Shown here: one piece after another, positions 62,968 through 64,000 of the stretch | Position numbering within the stretch: the stretch's first letter is position 1 | How the letters are laid out: each line of letters starts with the position of its first letter | DNA from: Trypanosoma brucei | Lineage: Eukaryota | NCBI GenBank assembly: GCA_000002445.1 | Contig: CH464491.1 | Coordinates: 2,176,001-2,240,000, forward strand | Length of the DNA: 64,000 nt | Reading direction: 5' to 3' | The notes under the pieces: generated by a model | What the model was told of the DNA's origin: nothing | The model's database searches: none | Seen by the model: the letters and a program-made list of their open reading frames with translations, nothing else | Position numbers and translations under genes: made by a program

Positions 62968-64000
62968 ATGGAAGACTACGAAACCGTGGCCGCCGTCGGT
63001 GAGGGGACGTATGGCATTGTCTACAAATGCCGATGTAAAAAGAGCGGTCGAGTTGTAGCAATCAAATGTTTTAAGAGAAAGAGGGATTGTGTGTTTTCTC
63101 GCCGCGTTATACTACGGGAGCTTCGGGCACTGAAACTGCTGGTAGGACAGCCGGGTGTTGTGCAACTTCTGCGAGATTTTCATACCGGTGGGCAGCTATG
63201 CCTTGTTATGGAGTATTATGAGCACAACTTGTTGGATATCATCCGGCGCAATCCGCATGGGGTCCCACGCCCACAACTTAAGCAGATTCTCTTCACACTC
63301 CTTGTTGGTGTGCGTTCGTGCCATCACCACGGAGTTGTACACAGGGACTTGAAGCCGGAGAACATACTTGTGTACCAAGGAAGGGTATCATTTGTGTGTG
63401 ATTTGGGGTCCTCAAGAATTCTGCGTCAGCCAGGAACCTTAGTTAAAACAACAAGTGGGGGGCTTCTCCGTACTCCTACGGATCAACCAGGGCCACTAAC
63501 GGGGAACGTCGCTACACGCTGGTATTGCAGCCCAGAGATGCTTATTGGATTGCCACATTATAACTTCACCTCAGACATGTGGGCCGTGGGTGCTGTCATG
63601 GCCGAATTAGCTCGCGGGATGCCCCTTCTTCCGGGTAAATCGCGTTTCGATCAGCTCAGCCTCATAAATCAGCGTGTAGGGGACTTAGCAGAACTGGGGG
63701 AGTATTCAAAGTTTTCTCCCTTTATTGCAACCGCAGTTAAGGGCCGCGAAAGCAATAGCATCGCAGGTGACTTTCTGACGCGGGTGTACCGGAGCGTGTT
63801 GGGTGTTGACGGTATGAATCTCCTGCGGGAACTGTTGTCAGTTGACTACAGGAAGCGCTTGACTGTAGACAAGGCCCTCGCTCACCCTTTCTTCAAGATG
63901 TATGTGGTACCCGGTGTATCGTTGCCACTCAGCTTTTATGGTACGTCAACACTCCGCCGGTCAAAGACTGTGGAGGAACTAAGTGGGCTAGCCGTCGACA
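62968..64000 (+). CDS. MAPK/CDK-like (CMGC-group) serine/threonine kinase, N-terminal about 344 aa (partial; runs off the window end)
   Basis: Manual translation gives GEGTYGIVYKCR (Gly loop), VAIKCF (beta3 Lys), HRDLKPENIL and VATRWYCSPE (MAPK-like P+1 region). The DFG is atypical (DLG) and the activation lip lacks TxY. No stop lies within the window, so the ORF is absent from the track. Confidence 0.88.
   Translation, partial: MEDYETVAAVGEGTYGIVYKCRCKKSGRVVAIKCFKRKRDCVFSRRVILRELRALKLLVGQPGVVQLLRDFHTGGQLCLVMEYYEHNLLDIIRRNPHGVPRPQLKQILFTLLVGVRSCHHHGVVHRDLKPENILVYQGRVSFVCDLGSSRILRQPGTLVKTTSGGLLRTPTDQPGPLTGNVATRWYCSPEMLIGLPHYNFTSDMWAVGAVMAELARGMPLLPGKSRFDQLSLINQRVGDLAELGEYSKFSPFIATAVKGRESNSIAGDFLTRVYRSVLGVDGMNLLRELLSVDYRKRLTVDKALAHPFFKMYVVPGVSLPLSFYGTSTLRRSKTVEELSGLAVD

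Noticed and set aside
1-64000. Prokaryotic-style features (operons, CRISPR arrays, rho-independent terminators, mobile elements with terminal inverted repeats)
   Set aside because: Sequence composition, protein content (dynein, PP1, KDEL receptor, ULK4) and gene layout are eukaryotic/kinetoplastid. No repeat-spacer arrays or IS-like inverted repeats were seen.

Overview
This window looks like a trypanosomatid (Trypanosoma brucei-like) nuclear chromosome segment. The organism call is inference from intronless ORFs packed head-to-tail on one strand, codon usage and homopolymer-rich intergenic spacers, and kinetoplastid-typical proteins such as an RBP16-like CSD+RGG protein and a TUTase-family enzyme. 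The ORF track uses bacterial-style GTG/TTG starts, so I re-anchored several CDS to the first in-frame ATG. I read the layout as follows: (i) a minus-strand polycistronic unit from position 1 to 11289. It holds a partial CCCH zinc-finger gene not in the ORF track, an RBP16-like cold-shock protein, a divergent CSD paralog, RPB8, an EF-hand protein, a dual-specificity phosphatase and a TUTase-like nucleotidyltransferase. (ii) A roughly 6.3 kb gene-free divergent strand-switch region (11290-17653) with GT-rich tracts oriented toward each flanking unit. (iii) A plus-strand polycistronic unit from 17654 to the window end. It holds a SNF2/RING helicase, a SAS10/UTP3-like protein, VMP1, a possible HROB/DUF4539-like OB-fold protein, a KCTD/BTB protein, PP1 and an ankyrin protein. 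It also holds a Sec13-family WD40 protein, a small V-ATPase subunit e ORF, the KDEL receptor, a ULK4 orthologue, a 4152-aa axonemal-type dynein heavy chain and a partial MAPK-like kinase. There are no prokaryotic features, CRISPR arrays, rRNA genes or convincing tRNA genes. The most interesting items are the strand-switch region architecture, the HROB-like ORF, an EF-hand-loop insertion in VMP1, the adjacent CSD pair, the ULK4 motif pattern and the short V-ATPase e gene hidden behind a longer spurious ORF.
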